Shown here: positions 31,219 to 40,089 of the stretch, piece after piece
Position numbering within the stretch: the stretch's first letter is position 1
Layout of the letters: the number at the start of each line of letters is the position of its first letter
NCBI GenBank assembly: GCA_965208125.1
Contig: OZ242320.1
Location: forward strand, 1,696,001 to 1,760,000
From: Candidatus Latescibacterota bacterium
GTDB taxonomy: Bacteria > Latescibacterota > UBA2968
Direction: 5' to 3'
Length of the DNA stretch: 64,000 bases
Made by a program: the position numbers and the translations under genes
The notes under the pieces: generated by a model
Told to the model about the DNA's origin: nothing
The model's input: the letters and a program-made list of their open reading frames with translations, nothing else
Databases searched by the model: none

Positions 31219-33258
31219 CTAATGAATATGAGGTTGCAATAGCCCATGGTGGTCAATCTCGCATTCTACGATGGGCGGTGGCGTTCCATACGAACTCGGC
31301 ACCAGTCTCTTTCCGGCACCTCGGCGTTTGAGACTCGACAGGCCGTCCATGGTGATTGTAGCCCGGCCACCGGTTGCTTCGTAAAAATTGTAAATCTCGT
31401 CGTTTTGATCATAACCCGCATGGCTCATAAAGGATACGTCTTCGCTCAGTATATCCAGCGTTCTTGTATCTGTCGGATAGTCCCCACTAATTAGCAGAAT
31501 AACGGCTGCACGAAAATTCTTCTGCGATTGCGTATGATCGGGAATGCGGGGGCCATGCTCGGCGATAATGTCCTCGATAGTATATGTCTTGACTCGATTT
31601 GCGGTGAAAGACTTAGCATCCCAAAAGCCGTCTTTGTCGAGCACTGCTTTACCGTCCTCCGCAACCCAGATATCCGGGACTTCTTCTGGTGGTATCAATC
31701 CCGCAAGATACAATTCTATCGGACTGTAGGGTATGTAGTTGCCTGCCCATCCGCCGTTAGAGAAGCCATCGTAGCTCGGTACATTGCCAATGGCACTGTA
31801 CCGCCCGTCTCCGTGATCCACAAGGGTGGCGATGTCAAATCCACCAAGGATGCCGTTGGCACTGTTCCATGTCCAATGGGCCTTGGGCTCAATGATGAAG
31901 TTTGCCCAGCGATGCATCACCTCATGCAGAAAAGGTCCGGAATACAATGTGGTACGGGGTTCCGGAAAACGGGTACTACCAGGGGACAGGTGGAAGCTAT
32001 CGACGTTATTCATAATAACCGAGAATGCAATTATACCTTGAAGTTTCTGCGCGGACCCATACGTAGAGCTGAAATAAGACAACGTGCCAATTCCTTTCAC
32101 GTCGTTATACACGCTTAAATATCTACCTTGGAACGAAATGGACGAATAAACCTCTTGATGAGCTTGGTAGTGGTAATATGCCACATTTGGAATGAAGATC
32201 AGGAAATCGAACTCATCGCTAAAATGCTCATAGAAGCGCGTCGAGTAATCTGCCAGTGACCAATTCTTGGAGGCGAAAAGGGTGAGAACATTTTCGGCGA
32301 TGGGTAAGACAAACACGTTATCGTTGTATATTTGTTGTGAAGATACCAGTGAGGAAAACTCAACTGTGACTCCCATATTTCGCAGTGCTGGAATATGTGT
32401 GTTTATGGATTCGCGGCTGAGGGGGTTTGCATAGAAATGAACTGCGCTGCCAGAGGTCATGATTTTCAGCAGAGGTGCTATATCAAAGATTTTGTTAGAG
32501 CTAAAAGAAGCACTTTGTAGCTGCAAGCCGACCAGCGGTGACAAATCAGAGATTTTAGTTCTATCAAGATATACGTGAGACAGCTTGCTTAAACTGGCCA
32601 ATGGCGACAGGTCGGCCTCACTCAAGTCCACGTCCTTGAGCCAAAATAACTCCAAGTTGGTGGCATGCTCGATACCCGTCAAATCCTTAATACCGCTTTC
32701 ATGTATCTGATCCCATTCATCCTCAGTTATCAGCGTCAGCGAATAGGACGAGGGGACATGTGCGTAAAAATCGTAATAGAGGTTCTTCAACTTTTCCATT
32801 TCAGCCTTGAGGATTGGGGCACCTCTCGCTTTCTGCCGCCCCGCTCCGCCTCTCTCAGGCTCCAAGCGAAGGTACGCCTCAATGAGCAACCGCAAGTTGG
32901 GGTCGGGGATGGCGACAACTGAGGGAGGTACTTCTTTCCCAAAGTGCTGAACAAAAATAAAAAAGTCGGAAAGTCCAATTGTTCCATCCGCATCCAGATC
33001 ATATCGGGCTTCGTATTTTCCATCACCTTGGCTTGACCCAAACACGCGCGTAAAGATCAGAAAATCGGAGAACCCGACTGTCCCATCGTCGTCGAAGTCG
33101 GGAAGAGACGCGGTATCATCTCCATCGGTATGGGATGTAACCGCAAGTGTTGTCGTAGCATCCTTATCCATACTGGAACCCATCGTTTGTTCACAGACAA
33201 ATACCAGCAGCACCAGCGTGAGGAAGGTTATATATTTCAAACACTTTTGATAGGGCAT
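31219..33258 (-). CDS. Secreted dockerin-like EF-hand + LRR + HExxH metallopeptidase-like protein
   Basis: Signal peptide; paired DFDDDGTVGFSDF / DLDADGTIGLSDF; IPDPNLR cap and internalin-like LRRs; FLHEVMHRWAN zinc motif; YSPIELYLAGL. Confidence 0.8.
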   Translation of the reverse strand: MPYQKCLKYITFLTLVLLVFVCEQTMGSSMDKDATTTLAVTSHTDGDDTASLPDFDDDGTVGFSDFLIFTRVFGSSQGDGKYEARYDLDADGTIGLSDFFIFVQHFGKEVPPSVVAIPDPNLRLLIEAYLRLEPERGGAGRQKARGAPILKAEMEKLKNLYYDFYAHVPSSYSLTLITEDEWDQIHESGIKDLTGIEHATNLELFWLKDVDLSEADLSPLASLSKLSHVYLDRTKISDLSPLVGLQLQSASFSSNKIFDIAPLLKIMTSGSAVHFYANPLSRESINTHIPALRNMGVTVEFSSLVSSQQIYNDNVFVLPIAENVLTLFASKNWSLADYSTRFYEHFSDEFDFLIFIPNVAYYHYQAHQEVYSSISFQGRYLSVYNDVKGIGTLSYFSSTYGSAQKLQGIIAFSVIMNNVDSFHLSPGSTRFPEPRTTLYSGPFLHEVMHRWANFIIEPKAHWTWNSANGILGGFDIATLVDHGDGRYSAIGNVPSYDGFSNGGWAGNYIPYSPIELYLAGLIPPEEVPDIWVAEDGKAVLDKDGFWDAKSFTANRVKTYTIEDIIAEHGPRIPDHTQSQKNFRAAVILLISGDYPTDTRTLDILSEDVSFMSHAGYDQNDEIYNFYEATGGRATITMDGLSSLKRRGAGKRLVPSSYGTPPPIVECEIDHHGLLQPHIH

Positions 33259-33280
33259 GTTATCATCTCCTCATTTGCCA

Positions 33281-34087
33281 TTACTTCAGCAACATCATGC
33301 GCTGAACTTGTGAAAAATCGCCCACACTCAGGCGATAAATGTAAATCCCACTGGCCACTTGCTTGCCAAATTCATCTGTGCCATCCCAAACGACTGAGTG
33401 AAAACCCGCATCCATTGTCTCTTGAATCAGAGTGCGGACTTCTTGTCCGAGCAGGTTGTAGATCACCAGTTGGACATCACCCGCTTCGGGCAAACGATAT
33501 GCAATCGTCGTGGACGGGTTAAAGGGATTGGGGACATTTTGTTCAAGGGCGTAATCTGTGGGCATAGGCTTGAGGTTCCCAACTTCAATATTCGTTATGG
33601 CATCAATACCACCAGCCAGATCAACCATCACACCGTCGAGAATCTGAAAATCAGAGGCAAGGGGTGTCTGTGTGGTTCTAAACACAAACTCAACCAGAGC
33701 ACCATCGCCACTGACAGCCTGACCATCAACCTTCATCGCGCCAACCGCCACTTGCCCGGGCGTCTTGTTAGACGCGAGAAAAAGCGCGGGCTGCCCGCTG
33801 TTCGCATCGAGTAGATTTTGATCGACCTGACGTGCTTCGACAAACTCGTACTTCGATTGATCGTATTGAAGCACAAAACCATAGCCCTTCAATTTCTGCG
33901 CGTGATTAATCGCGACCTGCAACTGCAAAACACCATCTTCAGCAACAATATTTTGCGTGCGCTGCAGCACCAGACTTGCCAAGCTATTTTCACCACCTGT
34001 AAATTCTATCCCCTGCGTCAAAGGGCCAGCAATGACCGAGCCAACCAACCCCAGTCCCAAACATGTCGTAAGAATCAAACGCTTCAT
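33281..34087 (-). CDS. Secreted cohesin-like protein with C-terminal FlgD-Ig/T9SS-type sorting domain
   Basis: Signal peptide; LKGYGFVLQYDQSKYEFV...SGDGALVEFVF cohesin-like signature; LEQNVPNPFNPSTTIAY...WDG.D..G..VASGIYIYRL...RMMLLK. Confidence 0.8.
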   Translation of the reverse strand: MKRLILTTCLGLGLVGSVIAGPLTQGIEFTGGENSLASLVLQRTQNIVAEDGVLQLQVAINHAQKLKGYGFVLQYDQSKYEFVEARQVDQNLLDANSGQPALFLASNKTPGQVAVGAMKVDGQAVSGDGALVEFVFRTTQTPLASDFQILDGVMVDLAGGIDAITNIEVGNLKPMPTDYALEQNVPNPFNPSTTIAYRLPEAGDVQLVIYNLLGQEVRTLIQETMDAGFHSVVWDGTDEFGKQVASGIYIYRLSVGDFSQVQRMMLLK

Positions 34088-34224
34088 AACACGTCCTCCT
34101 GTTGAAAAATATTCTATGGAACAGTTCTGAAAATTTGCGATTTACCTGAGGGGTGTGCATAAAAGGAGATTGACACAGTCGGTAAAAAGTCGCCACTAAA
34201 TAATTACGATTTTAGAAACTTATC

Positions 34225-34630
34225 TCAAAATTCTCCCGAACAGCTTTGTGACCCATCTACGGCACTGACGAGCGTTATTCCTCCATTAGCTGATACTGCC
34301 CCCCAAAATCCTGCCCACTCTCACATCGGCTCCTCGTGTCGCTATCGAGATTAAGTTGAGAACACGCGATTTTGTTTTGAGCGCAGCACGCAAAGCTTCC
34401 TCTTGAGTAGCACCCGTGCCGCTACCACTCCCCGATCCAGAGGGCGAACTAACATTTCCCAATGTCGATGGCATAAGGGTCAACGTCACGTCACATGACC
34501 ATGCATTCGATCCACTCGCATTGTCCTTTCCACAGGCAGAAGCAAAGCACAGAATCATCAGAATGGCTCCAAAGAAAAGAGACAGCTTAAATTTATATCC
34601 GATGTCCCTTTTTTTACACGTTGGTTGCAT
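34225..34630 (-). pseudogene. Small Cys-containing lipoprotein, probably frameshifted
   Basis: Hydrophobic signal with ASA|C lipobox-like site. The ORF as read ends at 34286; plausible C-terminal sequence continues in other frames past a (TTTTG)2 duplication and a C6 run. Confidence 0.45.
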
Positions 34631-34706
34631 AGCATTCTCACTTTTTTCAGGTCAAGGTTATTATTGGATACCTCAATTCAGGACAATGTCTCGATGATTT
34701 CAACGC

Positions 34707-36524
34707 CTAATACGCAGTATAAATCGTCCAACTATTGCTGCCACTATTTCTCGAAGCATGAAAATTCCAGCTTACACCATTTATCGATGTATTGTTGATG
34801 ACTATGCTGTTTCCAGAACTGAAAAACAGGATAGATCCCCTTCCAGAACTGGAAACCGAGAAGGTATGGCCTTTGTAAGTACAACTTCCATTAGGATTTA
34901 CGACCAGCCCAGCAGTACAGGCTCCACCGCTACCACTGCTACCACCACCGCTACTGTCAAATTCTACTGTAACGCCTCTGCGCTGAAGGGTTGGAATGTG
35001 CGTATTGATGGATGTACTGCTCAACGGATTGCTTTTCAAATCAACTTCGTCACCACTGCCCAATCCCGTATTTGCCACTAATGGCGAAATATCAGAGATA
35101 CTGTTGGTGTAAAGCTCCAGCGTTTCCAGATTGGTCAAGTTGGACAGCGCGGATATATCAGAGATACTGTTGGTGTGAAGAGACAGCGTTTCCAGGTTTG
35201 TCAAGTTGGACAGCGCGGATATATCAGAGATACTGTTGCGCGAAAGATACAGCCTTTCCAGATTGGTCAAGTTGGACAGCGCGGATATATCAGAGATACT
35301 GTTAAAGTCAAGATACAGCCTTTCCAGGTTTGTCAAGTTGGACAGCGCGGATATATCAGAGATACTGTTGGAGATAAGCCACAGCGTTTCCAGATTGGTC
35401 AAGCTGGACAGCGCGGATATATCAGAGATACTGTTAAAGTCAAGACCGAGGTATGTCAGATTGGTCAAGTTGGACAGCGCGGATATATCAGAGATACTGT
35501 TGTTGCGAAGCCACAGCCTTTCCAGGTTTGTCAAGTTGGACAGCGCGGATATATCAGAGATACTGTTGGTGTTATTCGCCCCCACAGAACCAAGATCCAG
35601 CAATTGCAAATTGGTTGCATGCTCAAGCCCTGTCAGATTGCGAATGCCCTTATTGCGCGCACGAATGCTTGTCAAGGTCGCCATCTCTGCCCGGGTAATC
35701 GATGCACCCCTCGACTTGCCCAGACTGTCTGCGATCACCGCACGAAGGTTTGCATCTGGAATGTCAACTATCCCCGTACTGCCACTACCGCCACTACCGC
35801 CACCACCGCCACCGCCAGAGGATGGCACCTGACTGCCGAAGCTATCGACAAGGATCAGAAAATCTGGAATCCCGATCGCGCCATTGCTATCCAGATCATA
35901 CTTCGCATCATATCCCGCATCACCACGACTTGTCCCGAAATGATCTACAAACTGCAAAAAATCGGGAATACCAACCACACCATTGCCATCAAAGTCGGGA
36001 GAGGGATTGGTGTTATTGGCATTAAATGAGATCACATCTGTTGTTGTGACATCATCTTTTGATGTGCTACTTGCCTGCAAACTAATCGTCGCAATGCCCA
36101 GGGTAAACGCCCGACCTGTGACATCCACCACAGTAGAAAACTCAGCCCGTGCCAGAAAACCAGACGATGGCAATGTGACGGGTGACAAAGCGAGGAAGGT
36201 CGCGCCCTTATCATCGAGAATTGGGGAAAAGGCACTGTTCTCGACTTTGTCAACTTTCAAAAGGGAAGCATCAAAGTCAAATTTGATGACCACAGCCGGC
36301 AATGGCGTCGTCACACCTTTGGCGAAAACCTCAACCGCAATTTTCGTGCCCTGTCCAGACACGGTTCCCGATGTAACGCCGTCGTCCATCTGATTACCTG
36401 CCCCACCATCCGCAATCAGATCTATCGACACTGTGGCATTGGCATTGGGACCCGCAAATGCCTGACTCGTACAGGCCAGCACTGAAAAGGCGAGTAATAG
36501 ACAGCAGATATTTTTGAAAAACAT
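34707..36524 (-). CDS. Secreted cohesin-like + dockerin-like + internalin-type LRR protein
   Basis: Signal peptide AFA|G; IKFDFDASLLKV cohesin-like domain; DFDGNGVVGIPDF / DLDSNGAIGIPDF; Gly-Ser linkers; 22-aa LRRs; Cys-pair C-terminal domain; AAGGAGG SD. Confidence 0.85.
   Translation of the reverse strand: MFFKNICCLLLAFSVLACTSQAFAGPNANATVSIDLIADGGAGNQMDDGVTSGTVSGQGTKIAVEVFAKGVTTPLPAVVIKFDFDASLLKVDKVENSAFSPILDDKGATFLALSPVTLPSSGFLARAEFSTVVDVTGRAFTLGIATISLQASSTSKDDVTTTDVISFNANNTNPSPDFDGNGVVGIPDFLQFVDHFGTSRGDAGYDAKYDLDSNGAIGIPDFLILVDSFGSQVPSSGGGGGGGSGGSGSTGIVDIPDANLRAVIADSLGKSRGASITRAEMATLTSIRARNKGIRNLTGLEHATNLQLLDLGSVGANNTNSISDISALSNLTNLERLWLRNNSISDISALSNLTNLTYLGLDFNSISDISALSSLTNLETLWLISNSISDISALSNLTNLERLYLDFNSISDISALSNLTNLERLYLSRNSISDISALSNLTNLETLSLHTNSISDISALSNLTNLETLELYTNSISDISPLVANTGLGSGDEVDLKSNPLSSTSINTHIPTLQRRGVTVEFDSSGGGSSGSGGACTAGLVVNPNGSCTYKGHTFSVSSSGRGSILFFSSGNSIVINNTSINGVSWNFHASRNSGSNSWTIYTAY
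35088..35570 (-). repeat. Seven 66-bp LRR-coding repeats plus a partial copy
   Basis: Core tggacagcgcggatatatcagagatactgtt recurs every 66 nt, separated by variable segments. Confidence 0.95.
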
Positions 36525-36603
36525 ATCTCCTCCTTTATGGAATATGTAGCATTTTCATCGCATGCTTCTCAGTTTGCAGACAAAAAAATAGATCGATGTG
36601 AAT

Positions 36604-36632
36604 AAAAAAACCTATCTGGTGAACAGATAGGT
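36604..36632 (-). terminator. Intrinsic terminator in the leader of the LRR gene
   Basis: Minus strand acctatctg-ttcac-cagatagg followed by T7, about 80 nt upstream of the ATG at 36524. Confidence 0.7.
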
Positions 36633-37378
36633 AGCAGACAAGCGACAAGAAAGAGTGACGCGCTCTGATAAGAGAGGGGGTGCCTGCTTGCGCGATAGCA
36701 GGCGCGAAAGGCATGGTTGAGAGAAGGAGCGGTAAAAAGAGGGTTTACCCCCCCCCCTCCCCAATCATCTGATAAATTGTTAAAAGACAACAATTTGTAG
36801 AAATTTTGGGGCGAGCAGAAAAGGCTTCTGCTATATTTTGGGCATGATGAATGGAGAGAAAATTTGAAATCAACCGGTACAAGGTCTTGCCCTTTCGATT
36901 ACGAGACACACACCAAAATCTCGGTACAAAATAGTAAAATTAGTGGAAATTTCCAAATCCTTTTTCTATGTGAAGCCCCCCAACCCCCGCCAGCAAAACA
37001 AGAAACACCGGCTACCCCACCCCATGCCGATCTTACCCGTTGAGGGTAATCTTCGGCGAGAATATACGGTCACTGTCAAGAGGGGCAAGAACGTTCAGAA
37101 ACACAACAAAGTCCGGCGTCTCCGTGCTCCAAACGGGGGCGTCATTTTTTTCGGCTCCTGTAGCCTCTCCCGAGACTACCCCCAAAAAAACGCCTCGGTG
37201 CTGCCACTCTTGACAGCGCCCGTGTGTAAAAGGTGTATTTAAAATCTGTCTGGAAAAGGCAGAACACCATAAAGGCAGATGGCTAATCCGTCAGTCGCCC
37301 TTCTTTGCTTTCCAATCGGGAAGTGAGGAAGGGCTTTTCGTTGCTGGCGGATGGCTGTCATTTCACAGGAGGTTGGTT

Positions 37379-37590
37379 ATGCAGTCTGTCCGTTGTCTTA
37401 CCGTTGGTCGTCGTTCTCGCCGGTGCTATATCGATCTTTCGACCCGTGATATGTCCGGCAATGTCGTTTATGACAAGATGAAGTCTGTCGATAATTCTTG
37501 TCCATTGCTCAGACTCTCTGGGCATTGGCTGGCTGAGGCTGGCTTTGAGATGGGCGCGAAGGTGGAGGTTGAGGTCTCAAAAGGTCAACC
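37379..37590 (+). pseudogene. symE: SymE-family type I toxin, C-terminally truncated
   Basis: PLLRLSGHWLAEAGFEMGAKVEVEVSKG matches SymE; AGGAGG SD; afterwards the frame runs into the antisense strand of the nuclease gene. Confidence 0.7.
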
Positions 37591-37980
37591 GGCTTTTCCT
37601 TCTGCCACCTCTCCCTTTCGCCACATGTTGAAAACTATTGAATTTGGGCATATATCCAGACAGAGAAGATATTCGTATTGACGGTCAAGGCGAACATGAT
37701 TGAACTGAAAGGTGCCATTTGCTCCTAACGATGCAGTCTTGACTTCAAAGTGACGTCCCTCAATAGTCATGTCGGTTCTCGACGTTCGGTTGCCATTTTC
37801 AACGTCAATGCCCTTTCTGGACAAAAAACGACGGACGAATTCCTCTCCAATTTCACCGCGATTCGTATTTCCCAAGTTTCGGTAGCCAGCCAGCGGGGAA
37901 TTACGCCATATATCTTCCGGCGTATGTTCCTCTATGATCGAAGCAAGTAACGCAACAGCATTTATGTCGGGGGTTTCCAA
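37585..37980 (-). CDS. PD-(D/E)xK restriction endonuclease-like protein, probably truncated
   Basis: GEIGEEFV...TDMTIEGRHFEVKTAS; overlaps the MTase stop. Confidence 0.65.
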   Translation of the reverse strand: METPDINAVALLASIIEEHTPEDIWRNSPLAGYRNLGNTNRGEIGEEFVRRFLSRKGIDVENGNRTSRTDMTIEGRHFEVKTASLGANGTFQFNHVRLDRQYEYLLCLDICPNSIVFNMWRKGEVAEGKAG

Positions 37981-38666
37981 ATCGACCGTCCATTTTGTCT
38001 TTTCCAGAAAACCAGGAAATACGAATGGTTCTTGCGCGCGTGAACTTGCCGAACAACTCGGCTTACGCCAGGACGGTTATTGCGAGTTACAACAAACAAG
38101 TCTTCGCAAATAAACCCAATATCCTGATATGCCAACATTATTTCCACATGCGTAAATCTCTGACGGTTGGCGCATACTTCGTCTTGGCACTTTACAATCA
38201 ACACGCCACGGTTTCTTAAAACCCGATGCGCTTCTAATCCACCACTTCGGTACAACTCGACAACCGCATCGTGATATTTCGCCCCGGTATCTGAATGGGT
38301 TTCGTTATTTCGATAATGAGACTCGAACGCCTTATGGGTTCTGTGGGCAGTGCCACCCGGCGTGTGCATGTACGGCGGATCAAAAACCACGCAATCTATT
38401 TCTCCATCTCCATAAGGAAGATTTCGGCAATCTACTCCACACAGTATATCCGTAGCATGCAGTTTATATAATCCATCTGGAACGTGATGCCAGAACACTC
38501 CTTTGCCGTAGGTAACATCAGCAATTTCACTTCCAAGAGACACATAAAGCTTGAGAATACGAGGGAAAACGCGCTCATTACCATCGGTATATGAACTCAA
38601 TACCAGGTCATTTGTTGGCTTTCCATGCTTCACAGATCGTTTTTCAAACGAAATCGCAGACTGCAT
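37962..38666 (-). CDS. Amino (m6A/m4C) DNA methyltransferase
   Basis: ADVTYGKGVFW SAM-binding motif, VVFDPPY catalytic motif, EAHRVLRNRGVLIVKCQD; ATG at 38666 with GAGG SD. Confidence 0.85.
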   Translation of the reverse strand: MQSAISFEKRSVKHGKPTNDLVLSSYTDGNERVFPRILKLYVSLGSEIADVTYGKGVFWHHVPDGLYKLHATDILCGVDCRNLPYGDGEIDCVVFDPPYMHTPGGTAHRTHKAFESHYRNNETHSDTGAKYHDAVVELYRSGGLEAHRVLRNRGVLIVKCQDEVCANRQRFTHVEIMLAYQDIGFICEDLFVVTRNNRPGVSRVVRQVHARKNHSYFLVFWKRQNGRSIWKPPT

Positions 38667-38681
38667 CGTTACCTCTCGCGC

Positions 38682-38830
38682 AAATATCAATGGCACAGCA
38701 ATGCTCGCTCTGATTGCCGTGCCGAGCGAGCCTTTTTTAATCACAACGTGTTCGCCAGATAAAATATCTGTTGCAATTGCGCGGAAAGGCGTTGGCAACC
38801 GATCAAAATCGTTTCGCGCTCGATACGTTG
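38682..38830 (-). pseudogene. Patatin-like phospholipase internal fragment
   Basis: DFDRLPTPFRAIATDILSGEHVVIKKGSLGTAIRASIAVPLIF is a typical RssA/patatin segment; in frame with the MTase. Confidence 0.75.
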
Positions 38831-39102
38831 CGCCAATGGTCAATATTTGATTCTCGGCTTTGAAAGATCGGTTCGTTCTCAGCTAACTTATGGCAAATCA
38901 AATCATTTTATGCACATATCTCAATGAATTACAAAAGTTAAAAAAAAACGATATATCGTTTTAAAGCCAATATATCGCCCTTATTAAAGAGGAACAAGTC
39001 TTATTCGGATTGCGTCTGTAGCAGGGGAATCAGGCCATCAGAAAGTAATTGTGCAGCTATCAGCCTGTGTTTTTGTCTTTTCTGACCACTGATTGCTGAC
39101 CT

Positions 39103-39789
39103 TTATTCCGCTTCCATAACTTCCGGATCCAGTTGATACCAGAACACCTCACCGGATTCAACGAGACCCCGTATCCGGTCATCTCGGCGCAAACCCACAA
39201 CAGCGGAAAATGCCTGCTTACCGGTAAACCTGGTCAGGAACTCGGCATTTCGGAGGGCGCGACTGGTATCCCGTCCATTGGCGGTGAATGAGATTTCCAC
39301 GGCAATGTAGCAGGGATTGCCATTCTGGTCGGTGGTCTCTATAATCAGATCGGCGCGGCGGAAACTTCTCAACTCGTTTGTTGGAATGCCAGACGTGTCG
39401 GCATCGTTAATCATATCCCACAGATCAAACTCAGTGAGGTCTTTGACCCACCGAAAGCCCATCTCACTGGCTATGAAGGGCGTCTCCCGAAGCGCGGCAC
39501 TCCGTGCGTGGGCACCTTTGAGTATGCCGACATCATCCTGGATAGCCGCCACTCTATTTTCGAGCGCGTCAAAGCGTCGGTTCGTAGCCTCGACGAACCT
39601 GTGCATCTCTGCAACAAAGCTATTCATCTCTGCAACAAAGCTATTCATCTCTGCCACGAATTGGTTGAACCTTTCGGGCAGCTCAATCAATTCCCTCGTC
39701 AGCAACCGGGCACGCAGAGCATCCGCCCACTCAGGATGGTCGTCTATGATGCGAATGAGGTCTTCTATTGTATGAATCGTGGTGGTCAC
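39103..39789 (-). CDS. Coiled-coil protein with C-terminal PD-(D/E)xK-like domain
   Basis: HPEW..ALR..LL N-terminus, heptad repeats FVAEMNS, then ADLIIE...AVEIS...D..RA; GAGGA SD. Confidence 0.7.
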   Translation of the reverse strand: MTTTIHTIEDLIRIIDDHPEWADALRARLLTRELIELPERFNQFVAEMNSFVAEMNSFVAEMHRFVEATNRRFDALENRVAAIQDDVGILKGAHARSAALRETPFIASEMGFRWVKDLTEFDLWDMINDADTSGIPTNELRSFRRADLIIETTDQNGNPCYIAVEISFTANGRDTSRALRNAEFLTRFTGKQAFSAVVGLRRDDRIRGLVESGEVFWYQLDPEVMEAE

Positions 39790-40089
39790 AGGATTTCCTC
39801 AGTGGCTGTTTTACCCATCATTCAATTAGCGGGATTAAAAAAATAATTTACTCAACCAAATCAATATATGAAAATTGAGCGTACAGAGCAATATAGCGTC
39901 TGTAAATTTTGTGAGATGGCCATTCAAAAAAGCAACCACAGTATGGAAAAGTCACCGTTGCTGTTGTGAACGGGTAAATCAAAAACGCGATGGATAGAAT
40001 TGCAAGAACTGAGCCCCATTTAAGCATGATGGACTCCTTATACTTTTGCGGTTCGCCCGCTAACGAGGAATCCAGCTACCTGAATAGCG

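Noticed and set aside
35088-35570. CRISPR-like array (about 31-bp repeat at 66-bp period)
   Set aside because: The period is 22 codons inside an LRR gene, the spacers resemble each other, and there are no cas genes.
35175-36029. Long plus-strand repeat ORFs
   Set aside because: Antisense frames of the LRR gene.
37962-38843. Genuine patatin-methyltransferase fusion
   Set aside because: The patatin piece lacks GxSxG and DGG motifs, and the MTase has its own SD and ATG at 38666.
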